DNA of 64,000 nucleotides from an uncultured delta proteobacterium (GTDB taxonomy: Bacteria; Desulfobacterota; Binatia; JACPRU01), in the NCBI GenBank assembly GCA_963745025.1, contig CAVUWD010000010.1, positions 160,001 through 224,000 of the forward strand, written 5' to 3'. Positions 51,288-63,090 of this stretch are shown here, piece by piece; the stretch's first letter is position 1, and each line of letters starts with the position of its first letter. The notes under the pieces are model-generated. The model searched no databases, was not told where the DNA came from, and saw only the letters and a program-made list of their open reading frames with translations. Made by a program: the position numbers and the translations under genes.

Positions 51288-52226
51288 TCAAGTGTGTGCC
51301 AAGAGGTCTGCGACCGACCGGCCGCGGTGCAGGCGCTCGATTGCCGAGGCGAGCAGCCCGCCGATCGCTACGGCGTGGATCGGCACCGAGCTGCGCGGAG
51401 GGGCCGGCAGGCTGTCGCTGACGATCAGCTGCTCGATCCCGGCGGCCGCGAGTCGCTCGAGAGCCGAACCGCAGAAGAGGCCGTGAGTCGCCACGACCGT
51501 GCTGCCGGGCAAAGCGCCCACGGCGCCGAGCGCCCGGACCGCCGCATCGATCGTCGCTCCCGTGCTGATCATGTCGTCGACGACGAGCGCTCTTCGCCCC
51601 CGCACGTTCCCGCTCACCCCATGGACGCTCACCTCGGTGCCGCTCAGGCGAGTCTTGTGAACGACGGCGACCGGAGAGCCGAGAAGTTGGCCATAGCGGT
51701 CGGCGAGCTTGGCGGCGCCCAAATCGGGCGCGACGACGACGCTCTGCTCGCCCGCGAACGGCCGCGCGGCTTCCGCGAGGAGCGGTACCGCCGTCAGGTG
51801 CTCGACGGGCATGGCGAAGAAGCCTTCGAGCGCCGGGCTGTGCAAGTCGACGGCGACCATCCGTTCGAACCGGCCGACTTGGAACAGGTCGGCGATGAGA
51901 CGCGCCCCGATCGCTTCGCGCCCACGCGCGCGGCGATCGTGGCGGGCGTAACCGAGGTAGGGAACCACGGCGGTTAAACGCCGTGCCCCATCGCGTCGGC
52001 ACGCATCGGCGAGCAGCATCAGCTCGAGCAGATTTCCATCCACGGGAGGACCCGTGGGCTGGACGAGATAGACGTCGTCGCCGCATACGCTCTTCTGAAC
52101 CTCGACGTGCATCTCGCCGTCGGGAAAGCGCTCGAGCGTTCGCGGCACGAGCGTGACGGCGAGTCGCTTTGCGATCGCTTCGGCCAAGGGCACGTTCGCA
52201 GAGCCCGTGAGGATCGTCGGTGCCAT
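51288..52226 (-). CDS. prs: Ribose-phosphate pyrophosphokinase
   Basis: RFPDGE, PYLGYAR, DLH, VAPDLG, VDDMISTGAT and ATHG motifs. Confidence 0.93.
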   Translation of the reverse strand: MAPTILTGSANVPLAEAIAKRLAVTLVPRTLERFPDGEMHVEVQKSVCGDDVYLVQPTGPPVDGNLLELMLLADACRRDGARRLTAVVPYLGYARHDRRARGREAIGARLIADLFQVGRFERMVAVDLHSPALEGFFAMPVEHLTAVPLLAEAARPFAGEQSVVVAPDLGAAKLADRYGQLLGSPVAVVHKTRLSGTEVSVHGVSGNVRGRRALVVDDMISTGATIDAAVRALGAVGALPGSTVVATHGLFCGSALERLAAAGIEQLIVSDSLPAPPRSSVPIHAVAIGGLLASAIERLHRGRSVADLLAHT

Positions 52227-52245
52227 GACTCGCCCCGTTCCAGTG

Positions 52246-52261
52246 AGCCAGCAGCGTGCCA
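52246..52261 (-). promoter_or_regulatory. sigma-54 motif upstream of prs-pncB
   Basis: TGGCACGCTGCTGGCT. Confidence 0.55.
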
Positions 52262-52444
52262 AACATGGTCCTGATGTGCATTTCGTGCCGGCGCCACAAT
52301 GCTACGGATCCCATGATCGTCCCCGCACGCGCTTTTTGCAATTCTGGGAATCCCCGGTAGCCGTCTTCGCAGAATCGAGAGAGGCCGGGGTCATGAGAAT
52401 TCGCGCCGAGGTCGCCTCGCGAGGCTAGAAGTCTCGGGCCTAGC

Positions 52445-52453
52445 TGCTAAAAT
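52445..52453 (+). promoter_or_regulatory. Extended -10 promoter for a leaderless USP gene
   Basis: TGcTAAAAT, then 6 nt to GTG; no Shine-Dalgarno. Confidence 0.55.
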
Positions 52454-52459
52454 ATATTT

Positions 52460-52927
52460 GTGCGGATTCGGCGAATCCTCGCTCCGACGGACTTTTCGAC
52501 GATCTCGCTCGCGGCGGTCGATTATGCGTTAGGCCTAGCGCGCGACATTGGGGCGGAACTCGCGCTCCTCTACGTGGAAGACATGGCGTACGCGCTTCCT
52601 GCCGAACTCGTCTCTACGGAAACGGGGACCCGCGTGATGGAACAGGCGCATCGGGCGGCGCAGCATCAGCTGAAACTTCTCGCCAACCGGGTTCGCAAGC
52701 CCGGGCTCAAAGTTCATGCCCTGATTCTCGCCGGACCGGCGGCCACGCGCATCGTCGAGGCGGCATCGAAGCTCCGCGCCGACTGGATCGTGATGGGCAC
52801 GCACGGTCGCACGGGCATGGCGCGCGCATACCTCGGCAGCATTGCCGAGCGCGTCGTCCGGCAGGCCACGTGCCCCGTGCTGATGGTGCCAAGCCGCAAG
52901 GCGCCGGCTCGCCGCGCCCGCCGTTAA
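52460..52927 (+). CDS. Universal stress protein
   Basis: RILAPTDFS; IVMGTHGRTG..LGSIAERVVR..CPVL. Confidence 0.92.
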   Translation: MRIRRILAPTDFSTISLAAVDYALGLARDIGAELALLYVEDMAYALPAELVSTETGTRVMEQAHRAAQHQLKLLANRVRKPGLKVHALILAGPAATRIVEAASKLRADWIVMGTHGRTGMARAYLGSIAERVVRQATCPVLMVPSRKAPARRARR

Positions 52928-53808
52928 CCCGGCGGACTCCCGCCAGCGACGAGCTCGCCGCATTCACTTTCGCGGCCGCGCACGACGCGTCGGCCGCGAA
53001 ACGGGCCGCGGGTCTCCGTCACGACCGTCGCCTGCCGCTCGCCTCGACCATCATCCGCGTAGATGACCACCCAGTCGGCGGTCTTTCCGAGCTCGTGCGC
53101 CCGGAAGCTGTTCGAGAAGAGAGCCGTGTAGTGTCGGCCCCCGCGCTCGGTGTGGAGGATCGGGAGCCACGCTTCGCTCCGCGGATTGAAGCGGCGCGGG
53201 GTGATGCGATGGAGGGTTCCCGCCGCCGCCCGCTCGCGATACTCGCGATCCACGTCGAGAAGCTCGGCAACCGGGGGTTCGGCTCGGCTCGAGACGGGAA
53301 CGCGGGCTCTGCGGCCGAGCCTTCCCGCCAGGGCCTCGATGACGCCACGAAGTCGGCGTGTGCCGAAGCCTCTCACCGTCGCCAGGCGACCCTCGTGCGC
53401 CGCGACTTCGAGCTCCTCGAGCGTCTCGACCCCGAGCTGCTCGTGAATTCTCTTCGCCAGCTCGGCCCCCACGCCCGGAATCGTGGCGAGCAGTGCCTCC
53501 GCGCCGGCCTCGCCTCGGAGACGTTCGAGGAGGGCAAGCCGTCCGGTTTCGACGATCTCTGCGATCACGCGCGCGAGACTCTCGCCGACGCCGGGAAGCT
53601 TCGTGAGCTCGGGGATGCCGCCGGAGGCGAGAATCTCGGCCACGGGCCGCTCTAGCTGCCGCACCGTGGTGGCCGCGCGCCGGTACGCCAGGGTGCGAAA
53701 CGGGTTGGCTTGCTGCGACGCGAGCAGCTCACCGACCTCATCGAGCGCTTGGGCAACGTCCTCGTTCTGCGTGCCTGAAGCGGGCGGGCGCGCGAGAGCG
53801 TGTGGCAC
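52924..53808 (-). CDS. PolX N-terminal/helix-hairpin-helix domain protein lacking the polymerase core
   Basis: ANPFRTLAYRRAA, LPGVG, IPGVG and TLEELE..AHEG motifs; C-terminal PRRFNP..WLPILH..ALFSN..TADWVV. Confidence 0.8.
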   Translation of the reverse strand: MPHALARPPASGTQNEDVAQALDEVGELLASQQANPFRTLAYRRAATTVRQLERPVAEILASGGIPELTKLPGVGESLARVIAEIVETGRLALLERLRGEAGAEALLATIPGVGAELAKRIHEQLGVETLEELEVAAHEGRLATVRGFGTRRLRGVIEALAGRLGRRARVPVSSRAEPPVAELLDVDREYRERAAAGTLHRITPRRFNPRSEAWLPILHTERGGRHYTALFSNSFRAHELGKTADWVVIYADDGRGERQATVVTETRGPFRGRRVVRGRESECGELVAGGSPPG

Positions 53809-53810
53809 CG

Positions 53811-54071
53811 TTACCCCTTCCCCGCGCGTGCCGCGAGATACGCGACGCAGCGTTCGAGGCTCGAAAGCTTCGGGTAGTCCTCCTCCGGAATGTCGACGCC
53901 GAGCGCCTCGTGGACGCGGACGAAGAAGTTGAGGAGGTCGACCGAGTCGAGGTCGAGCTGGTCCCGCCAATCGACTTTCGGGTCGATCGACGCGGGGTCG
54001 ACTTCCGGGGCGATCGTGCGAAGCACCCGCAGGACCGTTTCACGGATCCCTTGCTCGTAGGCCGCGCTCAC
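53811..54071 (-). CDS. Acyl carrier protein
   Basis: LDLDSVD phosphopantetheine site; GVDIPEEDY; GTGA overlap with the E2 stop. Confidence 0.9.
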   Translation of the reverse strand: MSAAYEQGIRETVLRVLRTIAPEVDPASIDPKVDWRDQLDLDSVDLLNFFVRVHEALGVDIPEEDYPKLSSLERCVAYLAARAGKG

Positions 54072-55363
54072 AGCTTCTCCGGCTCCTGCAACAGCGCGTC
54101 GATCGCGGCGAGGAAGCGACCCCCGCGATGGCCGTCGCTCACGCGGTGGTCGGCAGAAAGCGTCGCCGAGATCACCGGACGGACGCCGAGCATGCCGCCC
54201 GAGGCCCACGGTCGCTCCACGACCTTGCCGAAGCCGACGAGCGCAACCTGCGGCGGATGGATGACACCGAACACGCTTTCCACGCCCTGGTCCCCGAGGT
54301 TGGTCACCGTGATCGTCGCGTCGGCGATCTCGGAGCTTCGCAACACGCCCGTCCGTGCTCGGTTGGTGACGTCCAGAATTTCCTTCATGAGCTCGCCGAG
54401 CGGCTTGCGATCTGCATCGTGCAGGGCAGGGGCCACGAGCCCCCCTTTCCGGAGCGAGATCGCCATGCCGACGTGGACGTGCTCGCTCGGGCGAAACTCG
54501 CCGTCGATCCAGAAGCCGTTCATCTCGGGTGCTGCGCGCGCGGCGAGCGCCACCGCTTTGACGAGCAGCAGCGAATGTAGCAGCCGCTCGGTGACCGGCC
54601 GTTTGCGGTTCTCCTCGGCGAGCCACGCGAGCGCCCGCCCGAGGTCGATGTGCGTCTCGAGATAATAGTGCGGGATCTCCCGCTTGGCGCGCGTCATGGC
54701 CGTGGCAATCGCCCGGCGCATCGCGGCCGTGCGCTCCTCGACGGTTTTCTGCGCCGCTCGCTCGGCCGGAGCGGGAGGCGCCGCGGGCGGGGGGACCGCC
54801 GGCAGCGCCGCTTCCCGAGCTGCCGCTGGCTTCGGAACGCCGCGAGCGGCCGCAGTATTCTCAACATCGGCCACGCGGATGACGTTCCCTTCGCCAGCAA
54901 TCACCGTGGCGAGATCGACGTTGAGCTCTGCGGCACGACGCCGCGCGAGCGGCGAGACCCGCGGCCGTGCGCCGCCCCCCGGCGGCTCGACGCCCGGAGG
55001 TGTTCGCGGTGCCCGTGCGGGCGCTGGCGGGGCCGGGCTCGGGGGGGGCGGCGCTTTCTCGCGAGGAATCGGCTCGCGCGGTGCCGGTGGCGCAGCCTTT
55101 GCGGGCGTCTCGGCAGCGGCCGCCTGGCCGTCTCGTCCGATCATCGCCATCACCGCGCCGACGGCGAGCTCCGTCCCCGGCTCGGCGAGGAGTGACTCGA
55201 TCACTCCATCCTCGAACACCTCGATCTCGATCAGCCCCTTGTCCGTCTCGACGAGGGCGATGATGTCGCCGCGGCGCACGCGGTCGCCGGGCTTCACCAT
55301 CCACTCGACGAGGGTGCCGTAGTCCATGTCGGCACCGAGCGAGGGCATGAGGAACTCAGCCAT
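54068..55363 (-). CDS. pdhC: 2-oxoacid dehydrogenase E2 (dihydrolipoamide acyltransferase)
   Basis: VETDK lipoyl site, SPLARR binding domain and DHRVSDG catalytic motif. Confidence 0.92.
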   Translation of the reverse strand: MAEFLMPSLGADMDYGTLVEWMVKPGDRVRRGDIIALVETDKGLIEIEVFEDGVIESLLAEPGTELAVGAVMAMIGRDGQAAAAETPAKAAPPAPREPIPREKAPPPPSPAPPAPARAPRTPPGVEPPGGGARPRVSPLARRRAAELNVDLATVIAGEGNVIRVADVENTAAARGVPKPAAAREAALPAVPPPAAPPAPAERAAQKTVEERTAAMRRAIATAMTRAKREIPHYYLETHIDLGRALAWLAEENRKRPVTERLLHSLLLVKAVALAARAAPEMNGFWIDGEFRPSEHVHVGMAISLRKGGLVAPALHDADRKPLGELMKEILDVTNRARTGVLRSSEIADATITVTNLGDQGVESVFGVIHPPQVALVGFGKVVERPWASGGMLGVRPVISATLSADHRVSDGHRGGRFLAAIDALLQEPEKL

Positions 55364-56378
55364 GCTCTCCCATTACGCGAATGGCCGCAGCGACGATGCG
55401 CGGCACCTGGGGCAGCGCCGCCTCCTCGAGATGCTTGGCGTAGGGCATCGGCACTTCGGCCGAGCAGACTCGCTCGACCGGCGCGTCGAGCTCGTAGAAC
55501 GCGCTCTCGACGATGCGTGCGGTGATTTCGGCGGAAAGGCTGCCGCTCTTCCATCCTTCGTCGACGATGACGGCGCGGTGCGTGCGCGACACCGATTGCA
55601 CGATCGGCTCGACGTCGAGCGGCCGTAGCGTTCGCAGGTCGATCACCTCGGCCTCGATCCCTTCGAGAGCGAGCTCCTCCGCCGCCTTGAGCGTCTTCGG
55701 CAGCGTTCCGCCGTAAGTGATGAGGCTTACGTCCGTTCCCGACCGGCGGATCGCCGCGTGGTCGATTTCGACGGCCCCGGCATCGGCGGCGAGCTCTCCC
55801 TCCATCGCGTACAGCGTGCCGTGCTCGAAAATCAGCACCGGATCGGGGTTCTCGAGCGCCGTCCAGAGCATGCCGCGCGCGTCCTCGAGCGTCGCCGGCG
55901 CGAGCACGCGGATCCCCGGGATGTGCGCGTACCAGCCCTCGAGGCTGTGCGAGTGCTGCGCCGCGAGCTGGCGGCCCGCGCCCGTCGTCATGCGGATCAC
56001 GAGCGGGATGTTGAACTGTCCGCCCGACATGTGGAGGATCGTCGCGGCGTTGTTCACGATCTGGTCGAGGGCGAGCAGGCTGAAGTTCACGGTCATGATC
56101 TCGACGATCGGACGCATGCCGCCGAGCGCCGCGCCGATCCCGGCCCCGACGAACGCCGACTCCGAGAGCGGCGTGTCGCGGATGCGCTCGGGGCCGAACT
56201 CGTCGAGCAGCCCCTTGCTGACGGCGAAGCAGCCGCCGTAGCGGCCCACGTCTTCACCCATGAGAAACACCCGTGGATCGCGCTCGAGGGCCTCGCGAAT
56301 GGCCGCGCGCATTGCCTCGCGATAGGTGACCCGCACTTTGGCGGCGGCTGCGGGCACCGCTCCACCGAGGGCGCTCAT
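55356..56378 (-). CDS. pdhB: Pyruvate dehydrogenase E1 beta
   Basis: MGEDV, DTPLSE, AAQHS and DLRTLRPLD motifs. Confidence 0.92.
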   Translation of the reverse strand: MSALGGAVPAAAAKVRVTYREAMRAAIREALERDPRVFLMGEDVGRYGGCFAVSKGLLDEFGPERIRDTPLSESAFVGAGIGAALGGMRPIVEIMTVNFSLLALDQIVNNAATILHMSGGQFNIPLVIRMTTGAGRQLAAQHSHSLEGWYAHIPGIRVLAPATLEDARGMLWTALENPDPVLIFEHGTLYAMEGELAADAGAVEIDHAAIRRSGTDVSLITYGGTLPKTLKAAEELALEGIEAEVIDLRTLRPLDVEPIVQSVSRTHRAVIVDEGWKSGSLSAEITARIVESAFYELDAPVERVCSAEVPMPYAKHLEEAALPQVPRIVAAAIRVMGEHG

Positions 56379-57366
56379 CGCGGCGACACCTCCGAGTAGA
56401 CGAAGCGTTCCAATTCTTCGACGGGCTCGAGGCTCCCTGCCTCGGCGAAGGCCACCGCGTCGGCTACCTCGGCGGCGATCTCCCCTTCCATGCGCTCGAG
56501 ATCCGCTTCCGCGATGAGGTCCGCTTTCTTCAGGGTTGCGGCCAGCGCTGGGATCGGATCCCGCTTCTTCCACTCCTCGACCTCGCGCTTGTCACGGTAG
56601 AGCTCGGGGTCGAACATCGAGTGCGCGCGGAAGCGATAGGTGCGGAGCTCGAGAAAGCACGGGCCGCCGCCCGCGCGCGCCCCTTCCACCGCGCGGCGCG
56701 CGGCACGCTCGACCGCGAGCACGTCCATGCCGTCGACGGGCCAGGCCGGCATTTCGAACGTCGCCGCTTTGAGCACCAGGTCGGTCTCGGACTCCGAGCG
56801 GCCGAGCGCCGTGCCCATGGCGTAGAGGTTGTTCTCGCAGAGGAACAAGACCGGCAGGTCCCAGAGCGCGGCGAGATTCATCGATTCGTGAAACTCGCCT
56901 TCCGCGACGGCGCCCTCGCCGAAGAAGCACGCGGTCACGCGCGAACGCCCCTGCATCTTGTCGGCGAGCGCGAGGCCGACGGCGAGCGGTAGCCCGCCGC
57001 CGACGATGGCGTTGCCGCCGTAGAAGCGCGTCGCCTTGTCGAAGAGGTGCATCGAGCCGCCGCGGCCGCGACTGCAACCTTCGAGCTTGCCGTACATCTC
57101 CGCCATGATCGAGCGCGCCGACAAGCCGCGCGCCAGCGCATGACCGTGCTCCCGATAGGTAGCGACGACGGCATCCTCGGGCGCGAGAGCCTGCATGACA
57201 CCGACCGCGACGGCCTCTTCCCCGATGTAGACGTGGAGGAAGCCGCGGATCTTCGTCGCGCTGTAGAGCTCGACGCACTTCTCCTCGAAGCGGCGGATGC
57301 GCAGCATCTCGCGAAGCAGCCGAAGCGCATGATCGCGCGGCGGCAGCGTGGGCGTGGTCTCGAGAG

Positions 57367-57370
<4 letters not shown>
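56375..57370 (-). CDS. pdhA: Pyruvate dehydrogenase E1 alpha
   Basis: [31 protein letters not shown] and TYRFRAHS motifs. Confidence 0.93.
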
Positions 57371-59140
<1,770 letters not shown>

Positions 59141-59153
59141 GTCGCGAAAAGTC

Positions 59154-59169
59154 CGCAAGAAGCGTGCCC
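59154..59169 (-). promoter_or_regulatory. sigma-54 motif upstream of acsA-pdhABC-ACP
   Basis: GGGCACGCTTCTTGCG. Confidence 0.65.
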
Positions 59170-59473
59170 TTAAACTTATAGCCTTTCGAGTAGGGCAGTG
59201 TTCCCGAAACTTGGAATGGAAATTTTCCTCCTTTCCGCTTTCGAGAACGAACTATCATTGAAACGCAGGCATCAGAGAAAGCATAAAGTGACGTTGATGA
59301 GATACTCTAGCGACGAAGATTTGACGCAGGAAACCGAAGTGTCGAATGACAGAGATTAGTCCACTACTAATATTGTTCTTAAAATTCAAGTGCTTGACGC
59401 CAGTTTGCCTTGATTCGGTTGATGTATTTAACCATCTAAAATTTATGGCATGAGTCTTGATAAGTCCTAGTCC

Positions 59474-61198
59474 ATGATTCCAGATAAATCGACTGAACAA
59501 TCGTTTGGCTACTTCTGGACTCGGATCCCTTCACGGCGAGTAAGAGGGGAACTTCACGCCCTTATTTGCTCTCTTCTCTTTGCGGTGGTTGGACTCTTCC
59601 CGAGCCAATCTCATGGTCAGGCTGCGGATCCCGTGGCGCCTCAGGCACGGCGTCCGGCTCATTCGCTTCGGGCATCGGTGAAACTCCGCACCCCGGCCGA
59701 AATGGACGAGGCGGAGCGCATGGTCGTGAGCCCGACATCATCAGGCTCGGTCCCGTTTCGTTCGACCATCAGCGCTGATGAGCTGGTGGCGCTCAAAGCG
59801 GGGCCGGCGTTGCAGGTCTCGGTCGCTCGCCGAGCGTCGAGGTCTAGCGGTGGCATGGCTGCACTCGTGGGCGCCGCCTCGATTAATCTCCCGATTGTTC
59901 AAGGGATAAACGTCGATGGGGTGGATCAAGGAACGGGCGTTTTGATACCGCCGGATACGCATGGCGCGGTGGGCGCGAGCCAGTTCGTCGAGGTCGTGAA
60001 TCAGCGGTTCGTCGTATACAGCAAGGACAATCCGCCCAAACTGCTGAAGAACGTCTCGCTCGCGAACTTTTTCGGGTATGCCGCGCCGTTTCCGGGTCTC
60101 TTCGATCCACGGGTCATCTATGATCCTACGTGGAAGCGCTGGATCGTGACGGCGAACGCGTTCCACGAGTCGCCCGGGGTGCAAAAGCTACTCATCGCCG
60201 TATCGAAGACTTCGAACGCTAAGGGCGCATTCTACGTCTTCCACAACTTCGACACGGACGTCCTCAACAACGGCAACTTCAGTGATTTTCCCCAACTCGG
60301 TATGGATCAGGATGCGATCATCTTGACGACCAACGTCTTCGAAAACGAGGCGGAGACTTCTCCGTATGTACGGAGCGAGGTCATCACGTTTGCGAAGGCC
60401 CGGGCTTATAATGGGTTGGCACTGGAGGCTCAGTTCTTCGACGCGGGCCTATCAGGGACGATCGCTCCGCCGATCGTGTTGGATGAGAACCCGCACACGT
60501 TCCTCGTCGCTGCCGCCCCCGTTGCCTACCCGAATGGAATCTCGCTGGGCCTCTTCACGCTTACTAACGCGAGCCGGGGCTCCGGGGCTTCGCTTGCGGG
60601 ACCGGTGTCGGTGCCCGTCGCGGCCTATGGTGTGCCAGGGGACGCGCAGCAGCTCGGCACGACAGATACCCTGCTCACCAGCGACGCCCGCTTCGCGAAC
60701 GCGAGCACTCAAGTGGACGATACGCTGTGGCAGACCCACTCGGTGGATACTGGGACTGGGTTGCCGACGCCTGTATGGTACAAGATCAACACGGAGGCGC
60801 AGAGCGTCGCCGAGCAAGGCCAATTCTACTCGACCCCGACGTCGTTCGACTTCAACGCATCGATCGTTGCCAACCAGGAAGGCGACATGTTCGTCACATG
60901 GTCTTCGACCGATCCGTTTCCAAATTCTGGGTTTCCGGCCGTGAACGCGCAGGTGCGCTTTTCCGGCAGAACCGTTGGCAATTCCGCGACCGATCTTTCT
61001 CCGGGCAAAGCTCTCTTCACGAGCTCGACGTTCTACAGTCCTGTCGACTTCGGCCTTTCTCCCTGGCCTTGGGGCGACTATTCCTCCATCACGATCGATC
61101 CTGCGGACGATATGCAGGCGTGGCTCGTGAACCAAAAGAATAGCTCGAAGAGCACCTGGGGCTCCCGGATCGGCCGCATCACCTTCCCCTCTCCATGA
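59474..61198 (+). CDS. Uncharacterised secreted beta-rich protein (PPD..GAVG / WGDYS family)
   Basis: Signal-like hydrophobic stretch; IPPDTHGAVG, FDPRVIYD, DFPQLG and WGDYSSITIDP; lower GC than its neighbours; start uncertain. Confidence 0.7.
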   Translation: MIPDKSTEQSFGYFWTRIPSRRVRGELHALICSLLFAVVGLFPSQSHGQAADPVAPQARRPAHSLRASVKLRTPAEMDEAERMVVSPTSSGSVPFRSTISADELVALKAGPALQVSVARRASRSSGGMAALVGAASINLPIVQGINVDGVDQGTGVLIPPDTHGAVGASQFVEVVNQRFVVYSKDNPPKLLKNVSLANFFGYAAPFPGLFDPRVIYDPTWKRWIVTANAFHESPGVQKLLIAVSKTSNAKGAFYVFHNFDTDVLNNGNFSDFPQLGMDQDAIILTTNVFENEAETSPYVRSEVITFAKARAYNGLALEAQFFDAGLSGTIAPPIVLDENPHTFLVAAAPVAYPNGISLGLFTLTNASRGSGASLAGPVSVPVAAYGVPGDAQQLGTTDTLLTSDARFANASTQVDDTLWQTHSVDTGTGLPTPVWYKINTEAQSVAEQGQFYSTPTSFDFNASIVANQEGDMFVTWSSTDPFPNSGFPAVNAQVRFSGRTVGNSATDLSPGKALFTSSTFYSPVDFGLSPWPWGDYSSITIDPADDMQAWLVNQKNSSKSTWGSRIGRITFPSP

Positions 61199-61300
61199 CG
61201 ACTCGGCGCTCGCCACGGCAAAGAGAACCTTCAGCGAGTTTTCAAGATTTGCGAGCCTCAGAGGTAGAGCAACGACGCGCTTCGTGATTACCCAGACGCA

Positions 61301-61843
61301 ATGCTTCTCGAGATGTGCCAGGTCCTCTACTGCTTCGGCCCGGCGTACGCGGCCGACGTGGCGCCCGTCCTGGTTCGCGGCATGTTCGAGCCGCTCGCCC
61401 GGCCGCTCGACGCCGGCCGTAGCTTTCGCGGTCGACCGATCTTCGGCAGCCACAAGACTTGGCGGGGTCTCGTCTTCGGACTCATCGCGGGGAGCATCGT
61501 GTTCCAGCTCCAAGCCCTCTTCTACGAGCTCGGATGGCTGCGCGAGCTCGCGCTAGTCGACTATCACCGCCAACCCGTGCTGCCGGGCTTGCTGATGGGG
61601 TTCGGGGCGATCGCGGGCGACTCGATCAAATCGTTCTTCAAGCGACAGGTGGGGATCGCGCCGGGCTCGAGCTGGCTCGTCTTCGATCAGCTCGATTTCT
61701 TCTTCGGGGCGTCGCTGCTCCTGTCGATGGTGCAGCCCCTGCCGCTCCTCCCGTGGATAGCCGTGCTGCCGATCGTATTCGTGTGCGACGTGATCGTGGC
61801 GGCGCTCGCCTACACGTGTGGGCTGAAGGACGCGTGGATCTGA
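61301..61843 (+). CDS. CDP-archaeol synthase (CarS)-like membrane cytidylyltransferase
   Basis: PAY.A...PV, PLD.G..F.G..IFG..KTWRG, GD..KSFFKR..G and DQLD motifs. Confidence 0.85.
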   Translation: MLLEMCQVLYCFGPAYAADVAPVLVRGMFEPLARPLDAGRSFRGRPIFGSHKTWRGLVFGLIAGSIVFQLQALFYELGWLRELALVDYHRQPVLPGLLMGFGAIAGDSIKSFFKRQVGIAPGSSWLVFDQLDFFFGASLLLSMVQPLPLLPWIAVLPIVFVCDVIVAALAYTCGLKDAWI

Positions 61844-61861
61844 GGCGTCTCTTCGCTCACC

Positions 61862-62746
61862 CTACGCGACGCGCCTGCTACCCGCCTCGAGCCAAAGAGC
61901 CTTCAGGTCTTTCGGCAGCTGGCTGAATATGTCCCAAGCCTCGCCTTCTTTGCCGGTGGCGCTGCCGAGCAATCGCTGCAGACCACGGAAGACGACGCGC
62001 ACGGCTTTTTCCGCCTGCGCATCGCTCTCCAAGCCGGCCCTCCGGCGCACCCGGCCGATGAATTCCTCCCTGTGAATTCGTCGAACGCGACGGTTGGGCC
62101 GCTCCTGTTCTAGCCAGAGTGGCTTCACCTGCGCGGGAAGCTGCGCCGCGACGTCGGCGGCCTCTTTGGGCGTGAGGCGATCCCGTAGCTCCTGGAGTAC
62201 CGCGAATGCGATGCCCTCCGCTTGCCGGTGCTCGCAACCCAGACGCTGCGCGATCTCGCGGATGAGTGAGGGCTTTCGCGCCCTCGCTCCGCCGCGTCGC
62301 GCCGCGCGGAACGCATCGCCGGCCTCGCTAGCCGCGGCGCACTTGAGCGCCCGGACGACGTCCTCGCGAGAAATGATGCCGACGACCTCCTCGCCCATCA
62401 TGACCGGGAAGCTCTTGAATCGCGTGTCGGCCATCATGCGAATCACCCGCGTGAGCGGCGTGTGGCTGCGGACCGTGATCGGCTCGCGGGTCATCACGGC
62501 CGAAACCTGTTGGCGTAGCATCTGCGGGTACGATTGCACGTCCGAGCGCCGCTCGAAGCCGAAAGCCTTGAGCAGGTCGAGCTTGGTGAGCACGCCGACG
62601 AGGCGACCTTCCTCCACCACGGGAATGCAGTTGAACTCGTTCTCGTCGAAAATCTCTTGGGCTTTCGCGAGCGTGGTACGACTGTCGATCGTGACGACCG
62701 GAAAGGTCATGAAGTCGTCCGCCCGGTACTCGAGGAACTCGAACAT
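61862..62746 (-). CDS. CBS domain protein fused to a DUF2267 domain
   Basis: MFEFLEYRADDFMT tandem CBS, then LRDRL..EA..VAAQLP and QLPKDLKALW; GGAGG RBS. Confidence 0.85.
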   Translation of the reverse strand: MFEFLEYRADDFMTFPVVTIDSRTTLAKAQEIFDENEFNCIPVVEEGRLVGVLTKLDLLKAFGFERRSDVQSYPQMLRQQVSAVMTREPITVRSHTPLTRVIRMMADTRFKSFPVMMGEEVVGIISREDVVRALKCAAASEAGDAFRAARRGGARARKPSLIREIAQRLGCEHRQAEGIAFAVLQELRDRLTPKEAADVAAQLPAQVKPLWLEQERPNRRVRRIHREEFIGRVRRRAGLESDAQAEKAVRVVFRGLQRLLGSATGKEGEAWDIFSQLPKDLKALWLEAGSRRVA

Positions 62747-62770
62747 GGCGCGGCCTCCCGCTAAGGAGCG

Positions 62771-62786
62771 AGCACAGACCATGCCG
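62771..62786 (-). promoter_or_regulatory. sigma-54 motif upstream of CBS-DUF2267
   Basis: CGGCATGGTCTGTGCT. Confidence 0.6.
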
Positions 62787-63090
62787 AGCGGCGTGCGATA
62801 GGAGCGCCGGGTTGATGGCCAGGTTTTCCCGCGGTCGGGAAAGGGGAAGTCATCGAATTCTCGAATGGAGGAACGTCTTCAGCTCGTTGCGGTCCTTTGG
62901 CCGACCTGCCTCGGGCGCTCACGATCTGCCGGCTGGCACGTTCCTTGGGACGCTTGCGCTCCATGGCGACGCGCCATAACGATTTCATCCGACGTTGCAT
63001 TAGCCTCGGGCAACTCGAAAGGAGAGTTCTGTAAAGCAGCCCCTGACATCGACCGATCTGCAACCGCCGCCCGCCTGTCGCCCCCCGGCG

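Noticed and set aside
62761-63063. 100-aa ORF upstream of CBS-DUF2267
   Set aside because: No motifs, and it overlaps the sigma-54 motif and box pair, so it is probably regulatory DNA
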